Source of the DNA: Trypanosoma brucei
Taxonomy: Eukaryota
Length of the DNA: 64,000 nucleotides
Direction of reading: 5' to 3'
Assembly: GCA_000002445.1 (NCBI GenBank)
Contig: CH464491.1
Location: 192,001 to 256,000 of the forward strand
A program made the position numbers and the translations under genes. The notes beneath the pieces were generated by a model that did not search any database, was not told the DNA's origin, and saw only the letters and a program-made list of their open reading frames with translations. Shown piece by piece: positions 44,684-57,595 of this stretch. Every line of letters starts with the position of its first letter. Positions within the stretch are counted from its first letter, which is position 1.

Positions 44684-44998
44684 TGTGGGAGAGTGACGTA
44701 GCACGATCGTTTGTAGCATGTTTTTTTAAATTCGTTCCTTTCCGTGTGTGACAAGTGTTGTCTAGTGTGTATCGCTCGGTTCTGGTCGCGCTTGCATATA
44801 AGCTAGCAATATCGCAATTTCTTTGTCATTTATTGCGTCCCCCCTTTTCCCTCTTGAAACAGTGTCACTCGAGTGCGATCCTCTACTGCCTTTTTTTATT
44901 CGTTGTGAGGATTCTTCTCTTTCTCTCTTATTTACCGTTCTGGCTAGCTGTTGTGCACATCCACTATTTTTTTTTGAAGTGTGTGGGAGGCTCACGGC

Positions 44999-46309
44999 AT
45001 GCGTACAGGGCGCCTGTTGAGGTGCTTGGGGAATGAACTTAGTGTACCCTTGGGTTCTCACACTGCCGTACTCAGTAGGGTTTTTTGCCCAAAGATTCAG
45101 TCGCCCGAGCTGGCGTCCTTGGCTGTGGAGACAATTGAGGTGATACCGCAGCTTGACCTCCTTCACACGGTGGCGGTGCTAGATATATTCTCGCGTCATG
45201 GGATTCGTCATGAGCCGCTCATGCTTGGTTGCTTATGGAAGGTTTTCAAAGCTGAACCACCGACCAGTTTGTGTCAGGGACACGCGAGCCTGATGCAGGG
45301 TTTTGCTGTCCGTACGGCAACTGCTTTTCGCATTATGTGTCAGCATGGGTTAGTTCATGATCCCCAGCTTGTAGCTATTGCCCTCGGGCGGTGCACTGAA
45401 TGCGCCCCGCACATGACATTAGGTAGTGTCGTTGACGTGTACGAAGCTGTGAAGGAATGGGATCGGAAGTTTTTTAGCATTGCCGAGGCTGCTTTGCACT
45501 CGGGGGGCGCGTCTGAAGAGCAAATGGATGACGTCTCCAGTGACTCTCCCACTTTATTTTCAAGTCAGCCAAATATGATGGATGTTTTGTGCGGCGAGTT
45601 GGAGTCCCGCCTCATCTCGGTGGCGCGGGAGGATTATGAAGCCTCCGTTCAGGATGCGGAAAGGTTGCTGGGGTCACTTGCTGCCGTGGGAGTTGCAACT
45701 GGTGATGTTGTTTTAGCACTTTGTCAGCTGATCAAGCCCCTAAAAGTGACGGCTGATTCACTGTTGAAGATGATGGTGAGTTTACACCAAGTCCACATGC
45801 GAGTCGTGGACGTACTGGATTACAATGCCAATGACTGGGACATTCAATCGGCCCGAAGGGAACTCGTGAGGACACTCACAGCTAAACTTTTGTCACTACG
45901 GTCTCGGGGGAGCTTCGCCCGTCATTGCGATCGGCAGTTGGTGGTAGGGTTTCGAAGACTGTTTGAAAAGTATCCGGCACTCGCGGATGATGCACCTCAG
46001 CTGTGGGATGCGGTGCGCGCCGTCCGTGTGCCGCAGAAAGAAGTCATGAAAATGAATGAACCTTGTCGATTCCTTGGCGGTGAGTTGTTCAAGGGTAAAT
46101 ACGCTGTGAAGGTGAAACCTGTCACAACAAGTGCGGCGGAGGTGGAGCGGTTTGTTCCGCCGCAATTTAAGACGTGGAGCGGACCCTCTGTGGGGAACAA
46201 TCGTCACAAGAGTCCGAAGACACCGCGTGTGGTGGGTTTTGGAGTCCAGAAGATTTCAAAAGACTACATCAAGATGAAGCGAAAAAAGTTCGCCCCCAGC
46301 GTATGGTAG
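44999..46309 (+). CDS. Hypothetical protein, possible mitochondrial targeting
   Basis: The track start 44981 is GTG; the first ATG is 44999 (MRTGRLLRCLGNELS…, basic/hydroxylated N-terminus). 436 aa with no recognisable domain. Confidence 0.45.
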   Translation: MRTGRLLRCLGNELSVPLGSHTAVLSRVFCPKIQSPELASLAVETIEVIPQLDLLHTVAVLDIFSRHGIRHEPLMLGCLWKVFKAEPPTSLCQGHASLMQGFAVRTATAFRIMCQHGLVHDPQLVAIALGRCTECAPHMTLGSVVDVYEAVKEWDRKFFSIAEAALHSGGASEEQMDDVSSDSPTLFSSQPNMMDVLCGELESRLISVAREDYEASVQDAERLLGSLAAVGVATGDVVLALCQLIKPLKVTADSLLKMMVSLHQVHMRVVDVLDYNANDWDIQSARRELVRTLTAKLLSLRSRGSFARHCDRQLVVGFRRLFEKYPALADDAPQLWDAVRAVRVPQKEVMKMNEPCRFLGGELFKGKYAVKVKPVTTSAAEVERFVPPQFKTWSGPSVGNNRHKSPKTPRVVGFGVQKISKDYIKMKRKKFAPSVW

Positions 46310-46630
46310 GGCACTGGCCGGATGATGGGATGCCCGTTCGGATGCATAGTGCTTTCTGTAGCCTTTGCTACGTGTGCGTGGTGGAATTCTAGTTTTCTTT
46401 CGTGTTTTGCCGTAACGTCCGCTATGGTTTCGTATTTTTTGTTGTTGTGTCGTATGCGCCATTGCCTTTACCATGTTGGTGTCACTTTCATTGCTTATTG
46501 TTCTCTTCGCGTTTGTATTTGTTTCATTGTCTCAATTTGCGGAGGAATCACACAGACGCACACGTAACGTGGTGTGTGCTGGATTACTTGTCCCCAAGCA
46601 TTAGACAGTGGCGTCGTCTCAGTAGTAGGA

Positions 46631-48853
46631 ATGCCTCACAAGGAGGCTGAGGTCGGTACTCTCGGATTTAAGACTCCCGCGCGTAGGTCCAGATGCATCG
46701 GCGACCAGGGATTTCATTCGGCCACGAAGCCCTGGGTATCGCCCCATTCATTAGTTAAGGTGAGCCCTAGGTTAAGGGTCCCATCCACTTCTAGGTTACC
46801 TGCACTTGCGGAGGCTCCCGTATTTCCTCGTGCCCTTGTCCCATCCAAAGCGCTAGGTCCAGTTGCAATATCAAAGGCCCCCCTTGCGGCACAGTTGGAA
46901 GCTTTTGTGCGCCGTGAATATAAGATTTATTCCACCGGGAACCGCGATTGCACGCATGTGGACACCTTGCACATAGTGAGGGAGGCCTTTTCGGTCTTCC
47001 TGGAACACTTCTCAGAATATAGAGAGGTGCTATCTCTCATCCGCGACGAGTACGAGGCGGCATTCCAGGAGCTCCTTAGTGAGGTTAAGCGCCTCCGAGC
47101 TGTTGAGTTGGAGACAAGCAGTGACCGTAGTGTGCACGCGATGGAGATGTTAAAACAGCGGGAGGCCTTTAAGTCGATTGTTAGCAATCACTATGCTCAA
47201 CTTCAGGCAACTGAAGGGATAGTTCATTCCCTGCGCGACCAAATTACTTCGTATGAAGAGTCTAACGAAACGCTACGAGCCCAACTGAAGAAGGCGAAGG
47301 AAGAAACCCGGGAGGCTACGGATACATCCAAATTGTTAACAAAGTCCATGATTGAGGAGGCCGCTCGTAACTCTCAGCTCCTTGCGGCGCGCACGGCAAA
47401 TGAGAGGGAAATAGGTCGCTTGAAGGTTCAAGTGGATATGGTGAGGGAAGAACTGAAGGATGTGGAGAGCAGATACACCGCACTTTTGGAGAAAACACTA
47501 TGCACTGGTGGGCCGGATACGATTTTCAAGGGTAAAGACGTGCGAGCTAAGAAGAAACTTGATCAAGAATGCGAGCAGGAAGCGAAGAAGAAGCTTGAAG
47601 AATCTGAAGAGAATGCGAGACAGAAGGCATCTGAGGAGGAGGAAAGAAGGAATCGGGATAACGCTTACTTTGCTCTCATTAATGAGCGCATTGACGAATT
47701 ACTCCTCGAGCGGGAGCAGTTAAAGCAGCAGTTGGCTGACGCACTTGCGAGCCGTTGCGCTTCTGCCTGCGGTAGTGGTGGGGGTGGTCGGCCTGCAAGC
47801 ACCTCCCGCGCAAGAAGGTTCTCCGCAGATCCAGGAGCTCTGGAGAATGACCGACGACTTGTAGAGGGTGATGCCACCTACAGTAGGTTGATTGCTGCAT
47901 GGTTACGGGAGGAGCAGATGACGGGTGCTGAGTTAGACCGACTTGATGTGCTGATACCCCCTGGTGCGTCAGAGGATCATCCATTTGGGTTTTTAAAAGC
48001 TACCCTCCCCGTTCGAAATCGGTACCTGAAGAGGGAGGACACCATAGATATGTTGAACAGTTGGTGGGGGTTCCGGCGGAATTCGTTTGATTCGTCGATA
48101 AAACATCACTTTATGTGTTGGTTGCAAAAAACAACTGGATCTGAGTCAGGTGCGCAGGAATTAGGTGTGAACATAGTTCACGTCTGCGAGCACAACATTT
48201 ATGATCCCGATTGTCGTGCATTTCTCTTAATATTTCGAGAGTGTGTACCTGAAGACGTTGTTCATGCGTGGACGAAAGATATAGCGTATTTCGAGGAGCT
48301 ATGCCGTGAGTCTATGAGTGCTCACCGTTTCGTCCGCTGCTCAGTACTTTATGATAAACTCCGGAACAAATTACAAGAAAAGACGTATTTGAACATGCTA
48401 GAATTGCGCCTTTACCTCTGGCGTAACAGCGATGCGAATGGAATGATCTCCGTTGATTTTCTCTTTAGGAAAGACTCTCGCTTTCTGTACTTACTGAAGA
48501 AGCAGCTGCTCAGAGAGGTGGAGGAGTTCACTCTGCGGGTGGTTGAGGCAATTCGCTCAGTTGCCCTCGACGCAGATACCGTAAAGCTTCAAGATGTAGT
48601 AAACGCACTTAGCGCTCAGGATCCCGGTATTCCACAGGGCACGCTGCGCCGTCTGGTGGCGGAGGCAACTCAACTAACTTCTATGGATGTTGCTACGTGT
48701 GGAGTGGACTTCACCGTACGATTGCGGCCCCTTATCTACCGGTTCCGAAGCGCCGTTTTATTGAGGCGGGTAACGCCTCCTGTTGATACAAGTCAGCTGA
48801 ATCCAAATATATTTGACGCGAAGGCAATTGTTGAAGAAGCAGAGGAGGTGTAG
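46631..48853 (+). CDS. Hypothetical coiled-coil protein
   Basis: The track start 46574 is GTG; the first ATG is 46631 (MPHKEAEV…). A central ~250 aa is a heptad/charged coiled coil (…LRAQLKKAKEETREATD…EEAKKKLEESEENARQKASEEEERRNRD…). A C-terminal globular region follows. Confidence 0.55.
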   Translation: MPHKEAEVGTLGFKTPARRSRCIGDQGFHSATKPWVSPHSLVKVSPRLRVPSTSRLPALAEAPVFPRALVPSKALGPVAISKAPLAAQLEAFVRREYKIYSTGNRDCTHVDTLHIVREAFSVFLEHFSEYREVLSLIRDEYEAAFQELLSEVKRLRAVELETSSDRSVHAMEMLKQREAFKSIVSNHYAQLQATEGIVHSLRDQITSYEESNETLRAQLKKAKEETREATDTSKLLTKSMIEEAARNSQLLAARTANEREIGRLKVQVDMVREELKDVESRYTALLEKTLCTGGPDTIFKGKDVRAKKKLDQECEQEAKKKLEESEENARQKASEEEERRNRDNAYFALINERIDELLLEREQLKQQLADALASRCASACGSGGGGRPASTSRARRFSADPGALENDRRLVEGDATYSRLIAAWLREEQMTGAELDRLDVLIPPGASEDHPFGFLKATLPVRNRYLKREDTIDMLNSWWGFRRNSFDSSIKHHFMCWLQKTTGSESGAQELGVNIVHVCEHNIYDPDCRAFLLIFRECVPEDVVHAWTKDIAYFEELCRESMSAHRFVRCSVLYDKLRNKLQEKTYLNMLELRLYLWRNSDANGMISVDFLFRKDSRFLYLLKKQLLREVEEFTLRVVEAIRSVALDADTVKLQDVVNALSAQDPGIPQGTLRRLVAEATQLTSMDVATCGVDFTVRLRPLIYRFRSAVLLRRVTPPVDTSQLNPNIFDAKAIVEEAEEV

Positions 48854-49857
48854 GATCGACTGGCACCGTGGTGTAGTAGGCGGTTATAACGTATTTCTTC
48901 AGTACCTCTTCTACTTTGATCTGTATTGTACCTTTCAGTTCTTTTGCCTCCCTTCACTGATTGTCTGTTGGTTTTTGCCACCTTACGTGTGATGTTATCG
49001 AGAAACATGTCATTTTTGCTGTCTTCCTCTATTCTGCGTTGACGCATATCGAGGAAGGCTTTAACTTTTTCTTTTACGTTTTTTCTTGGACGTATTTTCC
49101 TTTGTTTGCTGTCAAAGCGGAGCAATTCATTGAATCCACCATGCGTTTTGTTACTCCATATTTACCTTTATATGCCTATATCTATCTATCTATATATATA
49201 TATGCATATATTTTTACTCACTGCTCGAGGTGTAGTAGCTGATCACCTGTGGTGACCACGAAGGTGGAGGGCGAATAAAAAAAAAGGAGAGATGGAGGCA
49301 GTGGAAACGTGATATTGTGCCTCGTAACATCTGTGTTGCGTTCCAAACCACTGCCTTTCCATCATTTTGCCACCGTTATGTTCGTTCATTCCTTCACTCC
49401 TTTGTTACTTCATTTCTATATTTAGTGTGCGTTGGTGGTTGGTTTGGTATGAGGAACGTGTGTTTGTATGAGCGTTTGTAGGTACCATGTATAGGTGTAC
49501 TGTATTTCTATTGTCTAACCTCTTTTTTTTTTTTTGTACAGGTGGTGACCAGGCTGTTGTATTTCGTTTTTGCTTGGTGTTGACGGTTGTTTACACTTTC
49601 TTGTCTCCTCTTGTTTTCATCTCTGTGAGACTGTTGAGTACTAGTTGTTTGTGACGGTGACGCGGAGTTTATTTCCCCCTTTCATTTTGTTAACTATCGC
49701 CTGATTCGGTGAGCAACAGTAACGCCCAATACCTTCACTCTTCACGTGCTAACTGCATGAGTGGCAATGTCCTAATGAATGGGGAGTTGTAACTCGGAGT
49801 TGTGTAGATGTGTTATTGGAATTTTTCTTTTGATGTTGCTTTGCTGGTGTGAGGTGA

Positions 49858-51069
<1,212 letters not shown>

Positions 51070-51620
51070 CGTTGAAGCGTGATTCACTCCGTAGCCGCCT
51101 TATGTGCGTGTGTGCTTGTTGGGGGGTGGGGCTTGGGGCGTGGTCAGTCTCCATTCCCTTACGTATTGTGTTGTTGTGTGTACATTACGCGTTTATTTCC
51201 TCAAGTCGAAACGAAACCAAGAGGGGGTGGGGGTGCATCAGACAGAAAGGGGAAGCAACATGGAGAATTGCGAACAAGGAGCGGATTGAGAGGGGAAAGA
51301 AAGGAGTTTGCCAATTGTTCTAGGCACATTCGTCGCGTGGGCAGCAACAAGGGTTGTGTGTGAGTGCACATTCGTAATCACAACCATACGCTCCCCCTAT
51401 CTGCTTCTTCGTTTACCTACTCTTTGCACAATTCCAGCACAGGGTAAGTGTGATAGCAATACCAGGGAGAAAAACAAAAAAAAAACAATAGAGTTAAAGG
51501 AGAGAAGCAGAAAGAAACGGCAAAAAGGGACAGCGTTAGACTGACTGCCAATAATAAAAGAATTTAATAACAAAACAATTAGCAAGGTTGTAAAAGAAAA
51601 TAATAATAAAAAAAGTAATA

Positions 51621-53036
51621 ATGCAGGAAGGCCAACTGTTTCAGTCGATGATGAGCGTGAACTTTTTGACAGATCGTCCCGTGTCGCCTATCAGCTCTGC
51701 GTCCACTGCAGAGGTGACAGCGGGACATGATATCTCGACAATTAATCGTACACTTGACGCTTCTTTCATGTATGACGACGGGGCACTGATGGACTTCGAT
51801 TCGAAGCACTGGATTCGGGTGACACGTCTGGACCCGAGCACATCGAGCAAGACGTTGCGGCAAATGTTTTACCCTTATGGCGGTGATGAGGCCTTCGTTA
51901 TATGGGACAACGCGGTGGTTGGGTACGTCGGCTTTGACAACCACTTCATGGCGGAGCTCGCTGTGGAGAAGATGAATACATTCATTCCTTGTCGCCAGGC
52001 GCAAGCTCTTTGCGTACGTCCTGCGTCGATGGACGAAGTTGTTCTCGCGAGGAGCGCTGTTTCCTCAGGTCAAGAAAGCATCGTTCCGCTCTTGTACTCG
52101 GATTGTCCTATCAAGTGCATTGTGCAGGTTATTGAGGGACACAGACAGCCAAGTTACTGCGCAATGGAACTGGTTGAAGAGGTGAAGCGCGCGCCTCGCT
52201 CGTTGTTTGCTCGTGTTTCAGAAACTTTAAGCCAACTCAAGGCGAATTCCTTCTTAGTTGAGGAGTTTCGGGAGGCCCTCGTTCGGAATCTGCTTCTTCA
52301 CATTTTCGAGGAGGATCACACAGATACTAAGGCGAACTGTGGTGTGCTTCTTGGGGAACTCTTCTGTTCCGGTTTTCTGACCGGCGACCCCTTCCAAATT
52401 GCCTCTGGCATTCTCCAGCGTGGCGTGAAGTCCATTGGGCAGATTGACAATGTGTGTGCTGTGGCGCATGCTTGTGCGTCGTTGCCGTTTGCTATGTCAA
52501 AGGCTTCTTTCTGGGCTCTGGTCGGCCAGTTGTCTCTACAAACTGAGGAGCCTCTGCGGTCCGCTCTGCGGGGGCACATTCGCCGTTTCCATCAAAGCAC
52601 GGAGTTCATTTCGCCCAAACCGACTGCTAACGCGCCGCTGCCAACGGCAGACAGAGCTGCGTCATCATTTCCAGGTTTGAAAATGCGAACTGTGTACGTT
52701 TCTCACCTTCCCGCTTCAATGCCTCAGCGCACTTTTATGGACCTTCTAACTTCATGTGGAGGTGTAAACAAAGTTCGCGTTTGCCGCGGGAAGGGTTACA
52801 CAACCCTTTTTGCCTTCGTGGAGATGGCCACCGCCGACGGTGTGGCGGCTGCTCTACGTCTCGGCCGAGCAAACGTTCTTGGCTGCAACATCCGCCTGCA
52901 GATGGCACGCAATCCGATTCAGGATTCCCAGTCTGATGATGCAGTTATTAACGCGAACGGTACAGTCGCCTGCGAATGCCTCTTTGGACGTCATGGGGGC
53001 ACATTGGGCGATGTGGCAAGCGACAAGGGGTACTAA
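51621..53036 (+). CDS. RNA-binding protein with RRM domain(s) and MIF4G-like middle region
   Basis: ATG at 51621. A C-terminal RRM is seen (…RTVYVSHLPASMPQRTFMDLLTSCGGVNKVRVCRGKGYTTLFAFVEMATADGVAAAL…). An N-terminal RRM-like fold (…HWIRVTRLDP…VGYVGFDNHFMAELAVEKMN…) is also present, and the middle is helical-repeat. Confidence 0.6.
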   Translation: MQEGQLFQSMMSVNFLTDRPVSPISSASTAEVTAGHDISTINRTLDASFMYDDGALMDFDSKHWIRVTRLDPSTSSKTLRQMFYPYGGDEAFVIWDNAVVGYVGFDNHFMAELAVEKMNTFIPCRQAQALCVRPASMDEVVLARSAVSSGQESIVPLLYSDCPIKCIVQVIEGHRQPSYCAMELVEEVKRAPRSLFARVSETLSQLKANSFLVEEFREALVRNLLLHIFEEDHTDTKANCGVLLGELFCSGFLTGDPFQIASGILQRGVKSIGQIDNVCAVAHACASLPFAMSKASFWALVGQLSLQTEEPLRSALRGHIRRFHQSTEFISPKPTANAPLPTADRAASSFPGLKMRTVYVSHLPASMPQRTFMDLLTSCGGVNKVRVCRGKGYTTLFAFVEMATADGVAAALRLGRANVLGCNIRLQMARNPIQDSQSDDAVINANGTVACECLFGRHGGTLGDVASDKGY

Positions 53037-54830
53037 CATTTAAACAAATAGAATTTCCATACAAAAAGCAAAGCCTTCTTTCCATAAACATCCAGACCAT
53101 AGATATGAGATACATACAGAACAAGTGCACGAACCCATTTGTATGCACTCGGGGGAAAGCAACTAATCACATGAGATCCATGCATGAACTCACTTGTATA
53201 TGTGCATAATGGGTTTGTTTACACACTTAACTCGTTCATTCAATTTTTTCTGTTTGGTCCTGTTGCGGTCATCGCCGGTCGTAATATTGCGTTTCTTTCT
53301 TCCCCTTTGTTGAAACTATGGCTTCTCCCCTTTTCTTGATGGTGAAGGAACGAATAAGGGAGTGCGGGGGAGACGATCAAGCACTATTAACGAAGATACG
53401 GCAGCCGAAAAGAGCTGCTTTTCTCTTCATCCTGGTCCACTCTGTTTTTTGTCATATTTTTGGCGATCAACTGCTGCGCCACAGTGCTTGTTGTTATTTC
53501 CCCTCTTTGCTTTCTCCCGCTTCATGTGTTTGATTTCCTCTTCTCTTTTGCTCTCCTAGCGTTATTTGTTGTTATTTTTATGCGGGTGTTGAGTATTATG
53601 ATAAACGCGCCGCGTGGCATAGAATGTAAACACACATACAGAGAAAACAAAGCAAATCAACGGTGCATCGCTCTCAGGTTTGTGTGTTGGACTCACAATA
53701 ATGTTTTTGACCCTCTTTTTTTCGCGTTTTACTAATCTGAATTCCGATTATTATTTTTCGCTTACCTGCCCTCTCACATGTACTTCTTTTTTTTTTTAAT
53801 TTAACTTTTTAAAAGTGGTTTCATTGCTATTGTTGTTATTTACTGGTGATATTTTTCCCGTCCCCAATCGTTTCTTTCCTCGTTTCGCCTCCTCAGAATT
53901 GAGAAACGAATGGAAGAAAACTCAAGCACGGCAGAATGGCAAATGTTGAAACATAATTACGTATATTTAAGTATATATCTATAGAAAGAGGGAGAAAAAG
54001 GGGGAAAAGGCAAAAAAAGAGAGGGCGAACGTGGTGCATTTCGCGGAAAGGCTGGGAGAGTGAACCTCAAAACGTGTCTGTGCTTGTGTGTGGAAGTTAG
54101 GAGGCCGTTTCTAGTCACAAAGGTTGCAGCTGCTATGAGGGAAATACATGTGGGCAACACGGAATTAAAGAAGGAAAGAGGGGCTCTAAATGCGTTGAAA
54201 AGGACAGGAAAGAAATTTTAAAAATTGCGCATTTCTGTTTTCTTTTCCTCATTTTCTTTTTGCGAAAGAAAAGCATATGCGGGCAATGCGTTTGATATTG
54301 CATGCGTAACAGGTGTTTATATATGCATGTGTGTATAAGGCGGGACACGGGGAATGGGGGAAAATGAAAGGTAGTGAGAGAGAAGAGGAAAGGGGTAATG
54401 GAGAGAAATACAAGCGAAATATGACACAACGGGGTGCAGGTTCTATGGTAACAGCAGAAAGACGCGCACCCCTCGCTCAAATAATAGCAACCCTTCCTCA
54501 TTTTCTATTTACATTTTATCCTCCTCTTTTACCTTTGCTTTGCTAGTTTTAATGATTTGTTTCTCCCCTTGCTGAGGCCGCATTTCAGCTTTCACATTTT
54601 TCTGCCAGTTTAATCCCAGGACCCACTGTCCGACCTCTACACGCCTGCTGTGGTACTGTTGACGTTTCTTTACCCTTCGGAGGAAGTACGTTTGGCTGTG
54701 TTTAAATGTTTGTTTTCCTTCCCCTTCCCCTATCATTCCTTTTCACTTCCTCATTTTTATCCTTTGCTATTGTGGTACGCGGGAACATCTTGTTGCCTCA
54801 TCACCATTGGACTCCCTCCCTTTAAAGCTG

Positions 54831-56804
54831 ATGATTAGGGTGCCCTCCCGCTGGCCATGCTCGTCATCACCCGTCGCCCTTGTGCAAGTTAATGACGACT
54901 TCGTGGCAATATGTGGCGTGGTTTCATCAGATGAAGAATTAGCATCGTGGGAGCTGGACTGTAGCATAACATTAAATCGTCAGGTAGCCGAGAGGGTCAC
55001 TGCACAGGATTTCTCACCTGCGGGGACTCATGAGGTATGCTTCATCGGTCCTTCAAAGCAAACTAAAAGACGATTTGTGGAGGTTCCCGTCCATCCAGGT
55101 GGCGGGGGTGACACTCTTCGAGTATTGACGCCACTTAGCACGTATGAGGCCAAAACAGTTTTGCTTGAGGGCCCTCGAGTAAGTACACCTGGTTTTATGG
55201 AACGACTTTTTGCCTCGCTAGTTGGACGGTACGTAGTCGTTGATTGTGACGTCATGACACAAGAAGGATTACAGTTTCGCGTAAAAGACGCTGAGCTGAA
55301 GAGAGGGTATCGTGGCCTGGCGTTGGTGGGTTCAACAGCCCGTGTAAAACTGAATCAGAGGTCTGCTAAATATTTTTGGCCAAGCGATGTGCTCGTTGGA
55401 TTGGAGGAGCAGGCACAGGAGCTAAGAACAGTGATGCAAGCCATGCTACAGTCCCCAGGGCGTTGGCTAGGTGTTTCTCTTCATGATTCGTCCGGCTGCG
55501 AGGCCCTGACAGTTGTTCGCAAGTGCGTAGCTGACGCAAACGGAACGCTGGTGTGGTGGTCCCCATCGTCTGTTTACGGTCAGGGAGGGGACTATTGTGC
55601 AAGTCGACTCATTGTGCTGTGTATACCTGACATGGATGAGGTCTTCCCATCTTCGGACAGTTCGTTGGCGGGTCTGACCGTGCGGCTGCTGCGAGGAAGC
55701 ATCGACAGTTTGTTGAATAGCGGTTCTAGCGAGAAACCTGCCCTGGTGTTGGTCGGCATCACTAAGAATGAAATCATTGGAGTGGCAAACTCGCTCTTTG
55801 CCGCAAAGATATCGTTTGAATTTCCTGACGTCGACAAGCGGGCTGTCCTTCTGGCACATGTTCGCGGGGGCGATAGGATGGACCATATGAGTGAAGCGCA
55901 CACGCTTGTTGGCCTTTCCCGCTCCGAAGTCCTGGACGCGGCGCGACGGCAACCCCGATCTCGTGGCCCTCTCAATAAAGTTTTGCGGTGGTCGGACATT
56001 GGCGGTCTCGACGATGTGAAGGATCGCTTACACCGCGCTTTGATCCTCCCTCAACTGGAGCCTGGGCTGTTTGCCCGTTTTGGTCTGACACCCCCTCGTG
56101 GGATACTTTTGTACGGTCCACCGGGATGCGCTAAAACGAGTTTAGTTAAAGCATTGTGCTCGGAGGGATGCTTCTCTTTTATTTATCTTGACTTCGCGGG
56201 GCTCATCAGCGCATATGTTGGAGAATCTGAACGGATATTGCGTGATGCGTTTCACCGGGCAGCTCGCCAGGCACCATGCATTGTTTTTTTTGATGAGGTC
56301 GATGCTATTGGTGGAAAGCGCGCGATGAATTCCCGCGACGGTGATCAGGCACGGCTCCTTTCAACCCTCCTTACGGAGATGGACGGGTTTTCTTCATCTA
56401 ACGGGGTATGTTTTGTCGGTGCCACTAATACACCACATCAGATTGATGCTGCCCTGCTTCGTCCCGGTAGGTTCGACTATCTCGTGTATGTTCCGCTTCC
56501 GCCCCTGGGAGACCGGCGCAGGGTTCTATCGCTTGTGCTTGGAAACACAACGGCGGATCTCGACAAACTTGCCCGCGTCACCGAGGGCTTCAGCGGGGCT
56601 GATCTCCCGGCGCTTGCAACGAGTGTCCTTCTGGAGTTGTTGGACGGCACCGATGAGGGTAGCGCTTCGGAGTGCCTAAATGACTCCGAGGCACTAACCC
56701 AACTTCTCGTCTCTCGAGCTGGGGAGTTCCACAAGACCTCATACGATGTTGCGGCGCTTGAGAGGTTTAACAGAGACTGCTCTTCCGACTCGGGAGCTGT
56801 ATGA
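54831..56804 (+). CDS. AAA+ ATPase (Cdc48/PEX1-PEX6-type D2 domain) with non-canonical N-terminal region
   Basis: Motifs seen: Walker A GPPGCAKT, Walker B IVFFDEVD, SRH/arginine finger …LLRPGRFDYLVYVPLP…. The track start 54807 is TTG; the first ATG is 54831. The N-terminal ~400 aa lack clear Walker motifs. Confidence 0.8.
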   Translation: MIRVPSRWPCSSSPVALVQVNDDFVAICGVVSSDEELASWELDCSITLNRQVAERVTAQDFSPAGTHEVCFIGPSKQTKRRFVEVPVHPGGGGDTLRVLTPLSTYEAKTVLLEGPRVSTPGFMERLFASLVGRYVVVDCDVMTQEGLQFRVKDAELKRGYRGLALVGSTARVKLNQRSAKYFWPSDVLVGLEEQAQELRTVMQAMLQSPGRWLGVSLHDSSGCEALTVVRKCVADANGTLVWWSPSSVYGQGGDYCASRLIVLCIPDMDEVFPSSDSSLAGLTVRLLRGSIDSLLNSGSSEKPALVLVGITKNEIIGVANSLFAAKISFEFPDVDKRAVLLAHVRGGDRMDHMSEAHTLVGLSRSEVLDAARRQPRSRGPLNKVLRWSDIGGLDDVKDRLHRALILPQLEPGLFARFGLTPPRGILLYGPPGCAKTSLVKALCSEGCFSFIYLDFAGLISAYVGESERILRDAFHRAARQAPCIVFFDEVDAIGGKRAMNSRDGDQARLLSTLLTEMDGFSSSNGVCFVGATNTPHQIDAALLRPGRFDYLVYVPLPPLGDRRRVLSLVLGNTTADLDKLARVTEGFSGADLPALATSVLLELLDGTDEGSASECLNDSEALTQLLVSRAGEFHKTSYDVAALERFNRDCSSDSGAV

Positions 56805-56952
56805 GAGAACTTCAATATATGAGAGCGTGTATGTTTGGTTGAGGTCCTCCTTTCTTTGTACCGCTTTCTACTATACATCACGAACCATGATACAAGTGGT
56901 GGTATTCTTTCTCTCGTTTTAGCTATTCCTCTCTTCTCTTAGCTCTGTATTA

Positions 56953-57588
56953 ATGGATTGGACTGATCGTGTCCTACTAGAGGATGATAACGATATGGGA
57001 AAAAGCATAGTTAGTCACCATGTGCTGATGAACTGTTCACAGAGGTCAAACATCAAGGACAGTAATGTGCAGACATTATCCACGGAGATGCTCCACTGGG
57101 ATGACTACAGGGAGGCCCATGGAATAAACGATGGTACACCGAAGATGGCAGACACATTTCAAAACGCTTGTGAACCATTATTTCAAGGGCATGTTTGCCG
57201 CTCTGGAGGTAGCACCAAAAGGCTTCTTTCCGTTGCAACGAAACCGGTTCTAGGTGAGGGTGGCGATCGAACATTCTGTTCCGAGATGCAGCACTGGGAT
57301 GACTATAGGGTAAAAAATAATATTCAAGACGGGTCTCCAGCTATGCAGTGTCTTTTTCGTCAATTTGACGGTCATGATATGTTCATTCTGGACAGTGGGT
57401 GGAAACTGTTAACGCTGAAACAAATGTGTATTACCTCGACGCGGCAGGCGTATGGTGCAAGCGTTAACCAGCGTGTTTCAGAGATGGTTCGATGGGAGGA
57501 GTCTCAAAACCAGCAAGGGATAAATTGCTTCCCAGCTAGCGGATCTGCAGAGGCAGTTAGTGCCATAACACCTTACAACAGTGGGTGA
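56953..57588 (+). CDS. Small hypothetical protein with internal duplicated 'HWDDYR' motif
   Basis: ATG at 56953 lies ~15 nt after a pyrimidine tract plus AG (56860-56940). The 211-aa product contains two copies of a ~30-aa unit (TEMLHWDDYREAHGINDGTPKMADTFQ / SEMQHWDDYRVKNNIQDGSPAMQCLFRQF). Same strand as the unit. Confidence 0.45.
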   Translation: MDWTDRVLLEDDNDMGKSIVSHHVLMNCSQRSNIKDSNVQTLSTEMLHWDDYREAHGINDGTPKMADTFQNACEPLFQGHVCRSGGSTKRLLSVATKPVLGEGGDRTFCSEMQHWDDYRVKNNIQDGSPAMQCLFRQFDGHDMFILDSGWKLLTLKQMCITSTRQAYGASVNQRVSEMVRWEESQNQQGINCFPASGSAEAVSAITPYNSG

Positions 57589-57595
57589 CTACGGA

